The notes below the pieces were generated by a model, which saw nothing but the letters and a program-made list of their open reading frames with translations, made no database searches and was not told where the DNA came from. 64,000 nt of DNA from Planctomycetota bacterium (lineage in GTDB: Bacteria > Planctomycetota > SZUA-567 > H5-PLA8): the NCBI GenBank assembly GCA_045863855.1, contig BTVV01000008.1, positions 32,001 to 96,000 of the forward strand, in the 5' to 3' direction. This document shows, piece by piece, positions 1-8,503 of this stretch. The position numbers and the translations under genes are program-made. How positions within the stretch are numbered: the stretch's first letter is position 1; every line of letters begins with the position of its first letter.

Positions 1-2378
1 TGGCGGGAGCGTTCGTGGATGTAATCGATACCGCCCTTGAGCAACGTGAGCATGTAATTGGCCGCACCCTGGTCGAACATCCACCATTCGCCACCCACCG
101 CCAGGTAGATCGGCGACGTATGGGCCATCAGATTACGCTTCCAGCCGTCGTGATGCTTTCGGCTCTCCCAATAATTCGGCCCCGCGCAGCGCGCGGCGAT
201 CCAGCAATGCTTGTCTACCTTGAGACGCTCGCGCAACGTCAAGCTTCGCACGCCTTTGGGATCTTCGGTGCGCGCCACGACCTCGCCGTTGAGCACCAAT
301 TCCAGCGACTGGAACGGGAGAATGCTGCGCGCCGACGCTTCGACTTCCACCGTGCCGCCGTTACCGGGAAGCCGGATCGTGCTCCCGATCGGCTGCCCGT
401 TAGCCGTGAACGAGAGCAGCGGCCCGCCGCTATGGAACGTGTTTCCGCCGCGCAGCGCGCGGCACCAAGTTTCGTAGGTGAAGGGCTGGTCGTTGGGAAT
501 GTGGACGTACGTGCGATAGATCCCGACGGGCACGTCGGCGCTCATCTTGTCCGTACCGCCTACGAGCGGCAACTTGTAGCCGCAATTCAGGTAGCGGTAG
601 TATTCCAGATGCCCGTATGGGTCCTGGCGTAAAAATTCCGCGGCGTCGGCGCGGCCGGTGGCGATCAGCGCGGCCGGTTCGCAATTGGGATTGGGAATGT
701 GCGGAATGATCACCGTGCCGCCCTGCGCATGGCAGGCGTCGGCCCAGCGCGAGAGGGTGGTCTCCAGGTTCCCGCCCAGTTCCGCTTCGCCCGGTCCATC
801 GCTGCACCACGGCATCACCTGCTCTTTCAAGCCCAGCAGCGTCAAGTGCCCCAGCAGATGCTGGCGGTTCTCCTGAGTCGCGTAGACGATCGTCTCGCCA
901 CCGTGATCGACGCTGGGCCGGCCCGTGAATTCCTCGGTATTCGTGAACAGGTGCCCCCACTGCGAGAGCAGCAAGTTGACGACGTTCAGGCCTTCGCCCG
1001 CGGCTTCCAGGTGTGCGCCCTGCGTACTTAGGAAGTGGACGTGCGTATCGCCGCTGAAGTAGCGCTCCTTGTTCAGGTCGGCGAATCGCTTGAGCTTCAA
1101 AACCAGCTCGGTCTGCCCGGGCTTGATTTCGATTTTTTCGCGCAGCGGCTCGTACTCGAATCCGCGCGCGACATCGACGATGACGTCGCCGCGCGGAAGC
1201 CAGCCTTCGCAGGTCCCGTCGATGTAGGCGTAACTGATCTGGCCGAGGCGCACGTCGCCGCCGATATCGACGTGCCAAGTGCCTTGATCGGAGTTGACGT
1301 GCGCGTGATGCCCGTGCGGCGCGTAGGGTATTCCGTCTTTGCTTCGAAAATGAATGCGACACGGAATCGCTTTGCCGGACTCGGCGTCCACCACCTTCGT
1401 GCGCACCCAGTTGCGACCTTCGTCCACCAGGATGAGCTGCACGCGCTTGTTGGGGCTCACGCGTTTCTTCTTTTCCAGGTCGTGCCATTTGGCCGAGCCC
1501 AGCTTTTTGCCGTCCTGCTTAACCGTCACCGTGGCCGATGGCGTGGCCGCGATTTCCACGTACGCCGGGCTGGCCTTGGCGTTGGGTTCTTCGCCCCAGC
1601 CTTTGAACGCATCGTTCAAGAATCCTTGCGCGGGGTCGCGCGGGAGCGGGTATGGGTAGGTCGCTACGCCGCGGTCGACCTCCACCTCCAGCGCGAAGGC
1701 GCGGTCCGCATCCTTCTTGTTGGGCAGCACGATCTTTACTTCCCGTTTCGCCTGCCGGACGAACGGGTGTTCGTCGAGGTGTCCCAGCGTGATCGCGCCG
1801 ATGTAGAAGCGCGGCCCCGCCGCTTCTACGGTGAGGCTCGCGAGTTTCTTTTTCGGATGCGGATTGCGCCACGGCCAAAGGTAAAAGTGCTGCGGGCTGG
1901 AGCCGTAGGTTTCGGTCTGGCGGGTGCCGGCGTGGCCCCAGGGTCCCGTGTGGCGCGCGTGCAGGCCGTCGGCATGGTCGGGGTAGGCCATGAAAGCGAG
2001 TTGCCCCCACGGACAGGGCACGATTCCGATCTCGAAACGCTCGCGAACCGGTGCCCGCACGTGCGAACCGTCGGCATAGGTAAAAACGTAGGTGGCCACC
2101 AGCCGTCCAACCGGATCGCCCTGGTCGATCTTCGAATCCAGCAGGCAGTGCGCGACGATCACGGAGGCAGCCGCGCGCTTCAGGGGAATCTCCAGCCTTT
2201 CCGCGAGCGAGCCTCCGCCGAAGGCGATCAAAGCAGCGCCGGTGCGCTTGCTTCGTGCGCCGAGCAGGAAGGGGAGGCCGTGCCACGACTGCGGCCCAAG
2301 CGGAAGACGTCCGCCCGGGACGAGCTTGGCGCCTGCGTTGGCGTACCTGGAGAGATCGAGCGCGCGATAATCGGGCAT
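1..2378 (-). CDS. CehA/McbA-like PHP-family metallohydrolase (3'-truncated by the window edge)
   Basis: Absent from the ORF track because it has no stop inside the window. Manual minus-strand translation from ATG 2378 (GAGG upstream) gives MPDYRALDLSRYANAG... and stays open to base 1. It contains SGDTHVH, ENRQHLLGH, IIPH, GGTDKM and AHTSPIY, typical of this family. Confidence 0.8.
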   Translation of the reverse strand, partial: MPDYRALDLSRYANAGAKLVPGGRLPLGPQSWHGLPFLLGARSKRTGAALIAFGGGSLAERLEIPLKRAAASVIVAHCLLDSKIDQGDPVGRLVATYVFTYADGSHVRAPVRERFEIGIVPCPWGQLAFMAYPDHADGLHARHTGPWGHAGTRQTETYGSSPQHFYLWPWRNPHPKKKLASLTVEAAGPRFYIGAITLGHLDEHPFVRQAKREVKIVLPNKKDADRAFALEVEVDRGVATYPYPLPRDPAQGFLNDAFKGWGEEPNAKASPAYVEIAATPSATVTVKQDGKKLGSAKWHDLEKKKRVSPNKRVQLILVDEGRNWVRTKVVDAESGKAIPCRIHFRSKDGIPYAPHGHHAHVNSDQGTWHVDIGGDVRLGQISYAYIDGTCEGWLPRGDVIVDVARGFEYEPLREKIEIKPGQTELVLKLKRFADLNKERYFSGDTHVHFLSTQGAHLEAAGEGLNVVNLLLSQWGHLFTNTEEFTGRPSVDHGGETIVYATQENRQHLLGHLTLLGLKEQVMPWCSDGPGEAELGGNLETTLSRWADACHAQGGTVIIPHIPNPNCEPAALIATGRADAAEFLRQDPYGHLEYYRYLNCGYKLPLVGGTDKMSADVPVGIYRTYVHIPNDQPFTYETWCRALRGGNTFHSGGPLLSFTANGQPIGSTIRLPGNGGTVEVEASARSILPFQSLELVLNGEVVARTEDPKGVRSLTLRERLKVDKHCWIAARCAGPNYWESRKHHDGWKRNLMAHTSPIYLAVGGEWWMFDQGAANYMLTLLKGGIDYIHERSR

Positions 2379-2446
2379 GGCGGGCATCCTCGCGATAAGG
2401 GGGGCAAGGGATGCTTCAGGCTAACGCCAAGCGGCGCGCAATCCAG

Positions 2447-5400
2447 TCAGGGCTTGGCCGCCAGACACAGCACGCGGCCGTCCTCGGTGGCGAGGTACAA
2501 CCGCCCGTTCGCGGCGGCCATGCCGTCCCAACGGACGGCGGCGGGCAAGACCATCTCGGCGAGCTGCGTGCCGTCGGCCGTGCCGTGGATGCGCAGGACG
2601 CTGCCGCCGTCCGGCTTGGGGAAGGTGTCGTAAGCGACGTAGAGGCGCGCGCCGGCTCCGGCTAGTGCGCGCAGCGTGGTGTACGAACGCTGCGGATCGT
2701 GCTGCCAGATCGGCGCGTCGGTCTTAGGCTGCCCGAAAAGCCCCAACGTCCTGTGCTTGCTCGCGAAGGTGCGCCACGCGCCGTAGACCTCGCCCGGCCG
2801 AAAGACCAGCAGGTCGCCCACGTAACCGTGCGTGGCGCCCAATTGGAATGCGCTCTTCTCGTTGGACGAATGGGGATATTGGTAGCCGGTCTGATTGGGA
2901 TGGTAATACCAGATACGGCGCGACTCGGTGTGGTTGTCGCTCGCCACGGCCCGGTCGCGCACGTCCACCAGCATACCGCCTTCTGCCGCCAGGATCGGCC
3001 CCTTGGGCTGTTTGTTTTGTTCGTTGAAAAGCTGCGGCGCGGGCTTGCCTTCCGCGAGATCGAAGCCGTACTTCATCTGGCAACCGTCCCACGTACCGCC
3101 CAATCCTGTCAGGTACACGTGCTTGCCGTCGCTGCATGGGATGCCGTTGGTGAGCGGCCAAGTGTGCTTATCGCCCGAACTTCCTGCGCCCAGCGCCGTG
3201 CGCTGCCAGACGGGCTTTCCTGTTTGAAGGTTCAAGGCCAGATAGCGCAGGCCTCCGTCCAGATTGCCGTGGTGTCCGGCCGTCGCGTAGACCATTCCGT
3301 TTTCGACCAGGACGCTTCCGGCCACCGGCCACGCCGATTGCAGGCGCTCGCGCACGACGATCTTTCGTTCGTTCAAGGCCGCTAAGTAGCGCCACGCAAG
3401 CCGGCCGTCGCGGGCATCCAGCGCATACACCCAGCCGTCGGTGCAGCCGAATATCGCGTGGCCTTCCGCGAAGGTTGGCGGGCTGTCGATCGGACCGCCG
3501 GTCGTGAAGGTCCAGCGCGGCTTCCCGCTCGCCGCATCCAGCGCGATCACGCGATGCGTTTCGGGATCGGCCACGCAAACGAGCCCGTACCCGGCGCTGG
3601 GCGCCGTTGCGTGCTTGCCTACCTGGGCATCCCACGCCAGCGCGAGCGTCTCCGGAAGATCCGCGTCGATCATGCCGCCGCGCAGCGCATTGCCGCGGTA
3701 GGTCGGCCAGTCGCTGGGCTGAAGCGCCTGATTTTCGACTTGGCCATAAGCCGGTCCCGTCTCGAGGCTCCAAACCTCGGGCGTGGGCTCGTCCTTGAAA
3801 CCCGGCGCATGCGAAGCGATGGCCATTTCGCCGCGGATCATCGAAGCGCACGTACACTGGTGGCGCACGAAATACGAGAGTCCGTTCACGAGGTAGACGC
3901 CGCCGAAGCTGCAAGCCGCACGCGAAAACGTATAGCCGCTCACTTTTCCGGTTTCACGTTCGATATACCCCAAGCGTCCGGCGACGATGACTTTATCGTT
4001 CGTCAGGCTCTGCCCGCAGGTGCCGCGGTATATCCCATCTTGTTTGATCTGTTTCGTGACGGCGCCGGTCTGCGGATCGAAGCCGTTCAAACCGTTCCAG
4101 AGCAGTTTTCCGTCCGACGTCAGCGTGCCGAGTCCGCCGCCTTCCGATGTGAAGCGGTACGCGCCATCGGACGCCGAGTACACCAGGAACGCGGCGGCAT
4201 TGCCGGCCTTGCGCCCCACCTTTACGACCACCGCGCCATCCAAGTATTGAAGGAGGCTTAATCGAGCTACCGGATTGGCGTGCTCCGGAATCTGCGGCGT
4301 GACGCTCCACAATGGCTTGGCGTCGGCCAGGGCGTACGCGGCAAGCGTGTTGGGCTTCTCGCCGGCAAAATAGCCCGACCAGACGAAGACCTTTCCGTCG
4401 CCGATCGCGAAATCGGTTTCGCTTTGCGGCGCGGGAATTTTCCACGCCGGACTTCCGTCTTTGGTGTGTATCGCTTGAATGGCTTTCTTTGGCGCCAGTC
4501 GTAACAACAGCCCGCCGGCCGCCAGCATGGTCTCGGTCCAGCCGCCTTCCGAAGGCGCGGTCCAAACGTCATTCCCGCTCGCCAGATCGATGGCCAGCAC
4601 GTTCTGGGCGAGCGGCACGTAGACGCGTTCGAGGTCGCAGACGGCGCCGGGCATCGCCCAATGCCAGGCGCGTTGCGGATGGGAAATCACCCGCCGCCAG
4701 CGCAGCAGGCCGTTGTAGGCGTCGCGGCAGGTCAGCACGCCGCCCGCCTCTTTACCCAAGCCGTCGGCGGCTTCGGGGCGGTTCATGTACAGCGCATACC
4801 CGTTCGCAGTGGTGAAGCCCGAAGCGGTCCGGCCGAAACTTCCGGCGAAATGGCGGTCGGCGATCCAACGAACCTGATCGGGCATACCGGCCAGACCATC
4901 GCGCGAACGATTGCTGCGTGCGCCGTCCTTATACGGTTGCATCCAGTCGTCCATCGCCGCCGGACGCGCGCGCTCGATCCGCACCCACGAGCCGAAGCGC
5001 TCGATCTTCAAGCCCTCCTCGGAGGGCGCCGCGGCACGCACGGTATCCGCGTCCAGCCCTTTCAGGAAAGCCAAACCCAAGGGTGCAAGTACGCGCACGA
5101 TTTCGGGCACCGTGAGATTCCGCTTCGCCGCGGCGGGGAAGTCCTCGCAGACAAGGGCGTTGACCAAGCGATCGGCGTACGGCAGCCGGCCTCCGCGCCA
5201 CCGCTCGCCGGAAACCGCTCCCTTTACACCGGTCAGTGCCCAAGCTTCGCGATGTGTGTCCAGTACGGCCGAATCGGCGTATAGCGCATGAACCAGATTT
5301 TTGCCCGCCAGCGCGGTCCCCGTCGCCGCATCGCGCGGTTCGATCAGCACCCATAAGCCCGTACGCACGCCGGGCGCTTCCGTCCAAGCAGCCGGCGGCT

Positions 5401-5485
5401 CTTCCGACCGCAGGGAGAATTGCGCCGTGGCGGCGAGCGCCAGCAAGAAAAGCACGAGGCTGCGCATGCGAAAACGCTCCTTCAT
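2447..5485 (-). CDS. Secreted PQQ-binding-like beta-propeller repeat protein
   Basis: Signal peptide (MRSLVLFLLALAATA), many W-terminated propeller blades (ALDAASGKPRWTF, ALDARDGRLAWRY), DWPTYRGN motif. The ATG at 5485 overlaps the TGA of the upstream LacI gene; the alternative start is 5467. Confidence 0.85.
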   Translation of the reverse strand: MKERFRMRSLVLFLLALAATAQFSLRSEEPPAAWTEAPGVRTGLWVLIEPRDAATGTALAGKNLVHALYADSAVLDTHREAWALTGVKGAVSGERWRGGRLPYADRLVNALVCEDFPAAAKRNLTVPEIVRVLAPLGLAFLKGLDADTVRAAAPSEEGLKIERFGSWVRIERARPAAMDDWMQPYKDGARSNRSRDGLAGMPDQVRWIADRHFAGSFGRTASGFTTANGYALYMNRPEAADGLGKEAGGVLTCRDAYNGLLRWRRVISHPQRAWHWAMPGAVCDLERVYVPLAQNVLAIDLASGNDVWTAPSEGGWTETMLAAGGLLLRLAPKKAIQAIHTKDGSPAWKIPAPQSETDFAIGDGKVFVWSGYFAGEKPNTLAAYALADAKPLWSVTPQIPEHANPVARLSLLQYLDGAVVVKVGRKAGNAAAFLVYSASDGAYRFTSEGGGLGTLTSDGKLLWNGLNGFDPQTGAVTKQIKQDGIYRGTCGQSLTNDKVIVAGRLGYIERETGKVSGYTFSRAACSFGGVYLVNGLSYFVRHQCTCASMIRGEMAIASHAPGFKDEPTPEVWSLETGPAYGQVENQALQPSDWPTYRGNALRGGMIDADLPETLALAWDAQVGKHATAPSAGYGLVCVADPETHRVIALDAASGKPRWTFTTGGPIDSPPTFAEGHAIFGCTDGWVYALDARDGRLAWRYLAALNERKIVVRERLQSAWPVAGSVLVENGMVYATAGHHGNLDGGLRYLALNLQTGKPVWQRTALGAGSSGDKHTWPLTNGIPCSDGKHVYLTGLGGTWDGCQMKYGFDLAEGKPAPQLFNEQNKQPKGPILAAEGGMLVDVRDRAVASDNHTESRRIWYYHPNQTGYQYPHSSNEKSAFQLGATHGYVGDLLVFRPGEVYGAWRTFASKHRTLGLFGQPKTDAPIWQHDPQRSYTTLRALAGAGARLYVAYDTFPKPDGGSVLRIHGTADGTQLAEMVLPAAVRWDGMAAANGRLYLATEDGRVLCLAAKP

Positions 5486-6561
5486 GGGCGCACCGGTCCG
5501 GTACTCGAGCGGATTACCAGCTTGGCGGGCACCCGTTCCACGGAGGGCAGGCTCTTGGAGGCTCCGCGCGGAACCGGAATGCGTTGCAGCGCCATGCGCG
5601 CCGCTCGCCGTCCGACTTCCACCAATTCCAGGCTTACCGTGGTCAGCGGCGGTTGGCCGAAGCAGGCAAAGAGATCGTCGAAGCCCGCGACAGAAATATC
5701 CTGCGGCACCCGTCGGCCTCTTTCTTGAAGCGCCGAGCAAAGCCCCATCGCCAGCGCATCGTTGTAGCAGATTACGAAGGTCGCGGCGCCTAACCCGGGC
5801 AGCGCGGCGCGTGCCGCCTGACGTATGTATTCCATGCTGGAGGCCAGGTCACGAGCCCCCTGTTCGGGAGGTGCGTGCAGCCGCCGTTCAAACAGCCGCA
5901 GTCCGGACTGTTGGGCCAGCCCAGCCAACGACGCCCAACGGTCCGGCGCAATCTCCAACCTGCGCGCGTCTGCGTAGCTCAGCCAGACCGCTTCGCGATG
6001 TCCCAGTTCTCGCGCGTGCCGGATCAAGTCGCGTAATCCAGGCGTCTCGTCCAAGCTCGCGTAGGGCAGCCCGGTATTCCAGCGGTCGTCCCACAGGAGA
6101 ACCATGGGAATGGACAGCGCGGAGAGATCGAATTCCCTCAGCGCATACTTTGCGCCGGGGGCGATCAGAGCATCCACGCGTCCGTCCAGCGCCAGTTCCA
6201 GGCCTCGCGCCATGATTGGATGCTGCTGCGTAGGGCCTAGAGTCAGCAAGCCTAACCCTTCGTCACGCGTTTGCAGTTCGACTCCTTCCACCAACTTGCG
6301 AAGCCAAACTTGGGCTCCTTCGTGTGGAGTAGGGGGATCCAGAAGCAACCCCAGCGCGCGGGAGCGCCCCGACTTCAGTGCCTGCGCGTGATAGTTGGCC
6401 CGGTAGCCCAGGCGGCGCGCCACTTCGAGCACTTGGCGTCGCCGCGAATCGCTCACCATGGCGCTGCTGCGCGCATGATTCAATACCTTGGAAGCAATGG
6501 TGATCGAGCATCGCGCTTCTAAGGCGATCTGCTTTAGGGTGATGCGAGAATGTTCGGCCAT
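5482..6561 (-). CDS. LacI-family transcriptional regulator
   Basis: N-terminal HTH (ITLKQIA...ASKVLN), hinge LGYRANYHAQAL, C-terminal VPQDISVAGFDD and PPLTTV. Confidence 0.93.
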   Translation of the reverse strand: MAEHSRITLKQIALEARCSITIASKVLNHARSSAMVSDSRRRQVLEVARRLGYRANYHAQALKSGRSRALGLLLDPPTPHEGAQVWLRKLVEGVELQTRDEGLGLLTLGPTQQHPIMARGLELALDGRVDALIAPGAKYALREFDLSALSIPMVLLWDDRWNTGLPYASLDETPGLRDLIRHARELGHREAVWLSYADARRLEIAPDRWASLAGLAQQSGLRLFERRLHAPPEQGARDLASSMEYIRQAARAALPGLGAATFVICYNDALAMGLCSALQERGRRVPQDISVAGFDDLFACFGQPPLTTVSLELVEVGRRAARMALQRIPVPRGASKSLPSVERVPAKLVIRSSTGPVRP

Positions 6562-6612
6562 GGCGTTCGCTCCGTATGGTCGCTTACACGGCTGCTATTC
6601 GAGTTGCAGTAG

Positions 6613-6648
6613 ATTAAACATTTAATTAAGCCGTATTTAACGATTAAT
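6613..6648. promoter_or_regulatory. Pair of LacI-type operator-like palindromes
   Basis: ATTAAACATTTAAT (6613-6626) and ATTTAACGATTAAT (6635-6648), 22 bp apart, in the AT-rich divergent region upstream of the LacI gene. Confidence 0.55.
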
Positions 6649-6801
6649 GCTCATGTGCAGTGCGCACGCGATCGGTGGATTTTTGGCCTTCAGGAACGAG
6701 GCTCGTTCTGCCGATTCCCTCTAGGTGCACTCGGTGTTTTCGATGTGAAGCGAATCGGCTTGCCGCCGTGCCGGATGGCGACGGGACTTGGGGGTTCAGC
6801 G

Positions 6802-8226
6802 GTGCTTGCGAACGCATACCACGGTAAGCGCGTGTTGGTGATGGGCTTGGGGCTCTTCGGCGGCGGAGTGGGCGCGGCGCGATTCTTCGCCGAAGCCGGT
6901 GCGAAGGTCACCGTCACCGATAAGCGTCATCCCGGCGATTTGAAGCCTTCGCTCGATGCGCTGAGCGATTTGAATATCCACTATGTGCTGGGCATGCACA
7001 GCCCCGACGATTTTCGGGCCGCCGATCTAGTCGTCGTGAACCCCGGCGTGCCCATCGACAGCCCGCTGGTGACCATGGCTCGCGGCGCCGGGGCGCAGAT
7101 CGAACGCGAAATCAACCTGCTCTTCAAGCTCACGCCTCATCATCCCAAACTGGGCGTCACCGGAAGCAACGGGAAGTCCACCACTACGGCCCTGTTGGGC
7201 GAGATGGTCAAGCTGGCCGATTCGCGCGCGCTGGTGGGCGGCAACATCGGCGGTTCGCTGCTGGCCGAGACGCGTGGCCTGGAGACGGGCGTCCCTCTGG
7301 TCCTTGAGCTTTCCAGCTTCATGCTCGAAGGCATGGCCGAATTGCGCGAAAGTCCGCAGGTGGCCGTTGTAACCAATCTCTCGCCCAATCACCTCGACCG
7401 TCATCGCACCGTCGAAAACTACTACGAGGCGAAGAAGGAGATTCTGAAGCACCAGGGTCCCGAAGATACCGCGGTGCTCAACGCCGAAGATCCCGAATTG
7501 GCGAAATGGGTCTCGCTGGTCAAGGGCCGGCTGATCTGGGTCAGCACCTCCTTCGAGCCCGAAGGCGATGCGGCCTTCGTCGAAGACGACCGCATGATCG
7601 TACGCATCGGCGGCGAGGAAGAAGTCGTCGGCATCGTTTCGGAACTGCGGCTGCCCGGTAAACATAACCTGTTCAATGCACTGGCTGCCAGCGCCGCTGC
7701 GCGTGCGCACGGCGTCCAGGCCTGGCAGATTGCCGAGGCGCTTGCGGCCTTCTGCGGCCTCCCGCACCGGCTCGAACTGGTCGCCCGAAGCGCCGATAAC
7801 GTCGCTTTTTACAACGACTCGATCGCCACGACGCCCGAATCCGCGATCTGCGCGCTCAACTCCTTCCAAGGCGCGGTGACGCTGATCGCGGGCGGCTACG
7901 ACAAGGGCAGTTCGTTCGAACAGCTTGGCGCGGCCATTGTGCGCAAAGCCCGGCGCGTGGTGCTGCTAGGCGCCACGGCGTCGCGCATCGAAGAGTCGAT
8001 CACGCGCGCCTCGCGCGACGGGGGCCGGCTTCCGCAAATTCAGCGCGCGCGCAACTTGGTCGACGCCGCTCGCATCGCTCACGACGGTGCGGCGCCCGGC
8101 GAGATTGTGCTGCTCTCTCCGGCTTGCGCAAGCTTCGACCAGTTCCGCAATTTTCAAGAGCGCGGCGAACTCTTTACGCACCTCGCCCGCGCCTTCGCCG
8201 CCTCGCGCGGCGCGCGTCTGGGGTAA
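6802..8226 (+). CDS. murD: UDP-N-acetylmuramoyl-L-alanine--D-glutamate ligase
   Basis: GLGLFGGG, GVTGSNGKSTTT P-loop, GGNIG, LELSSF, NHLDRH, HRLE, YNDSIAT, LSPACASFDQFRNFQERG. Start placed at GTG 6802; the ORF is open from 6655. Confidence 0.95.
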   Translation: MLANAYHGKRVLVMGLGLFGGGVGAARFFAEAGAKVTVTDKRHPGDLKPSLDALSDLNIHYVLGMHSPDDFRAADLVVVNPGVPIDSPLVTMARGAGAQIEREINLLFKLTPHHPKLGVTGSNGKSTTTALLGEMVKLADSRALVGGNIGGSLLAETRGLETGVPLVLELSSFMLEGMAELRESPQVAVVTNLSPNHLDRHRTVENYYEAKKEILKHQGPEDTAVLNAEDPELAKWVSLVKGRLIWVSTSFEPEGDAAFVEDDRMIVRIGGEEEVVGIVSELRLPGKHNLFNALAASAAARAHGVQAWQIAEALAAFCGLPHRLELVARSADNVAFYNDSIATTPESAICALNSFQGAVTLIAGGYDKGSSFEQLGAAIVRKARRVVLLGATASRIEESITRASRDGGRLPQIQRARNLVDAARIAHDGAAPGEIVLLSPACASFDQFRNFQERGELFTHLARAFAASRGARLG

Positions 8227-8250
8227 TCGCACTTCCGGGGGGAATGCACC

Positions 8251-8412
8251 GTGGAATTGCTCTTTAGCGATACGTTCCTGTTGATTTTGGCCGTCACGAT
8301 CCTGCTGATCGGGGCAGCCGGGTTTTGGCTTGAGCAACGCAGCGCCGCGCGGCTCCGACGCGGGTTGTATATTCTGGATGCCAAACGTCCGGCAACCAAA
8401 CGCAAACGCTGA
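8251..8412 (+). CDS. Small single-pass membrane protein (53 aa)
   Basis: GTG preceded by GGGGGGA. Translation MELLFSDTFLLILAVTILLIGAAGFWLEQRSAARLRRGLYILDAKRPATKRKR: one hydrophobic helix plus a basic tail. Fills the murD-glnD gap. Confidence 0.5.
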   Translation: MELLFSDTFLLILAVTILLIGAAGFWLEQRSAARLRRGLYILDAKRPATKRKR

Positions 8413-8503
8413 TCCGCCGGGGCTTCCGCGCCCTCTCGCTTGTCACGTGCTTCCGCGGCCTTAGAGTAATGCCAGAGTCGGCCCGGGAGACGTCTGCGCG
8501 CGC

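Noticed and set aside
15..2633. Plus-strand ORFs 15-632 and 1035-2633
   Set aside because: Antisense shadows of the minus-strand metallohydrolase, which the track omits because its stop is outside the window.
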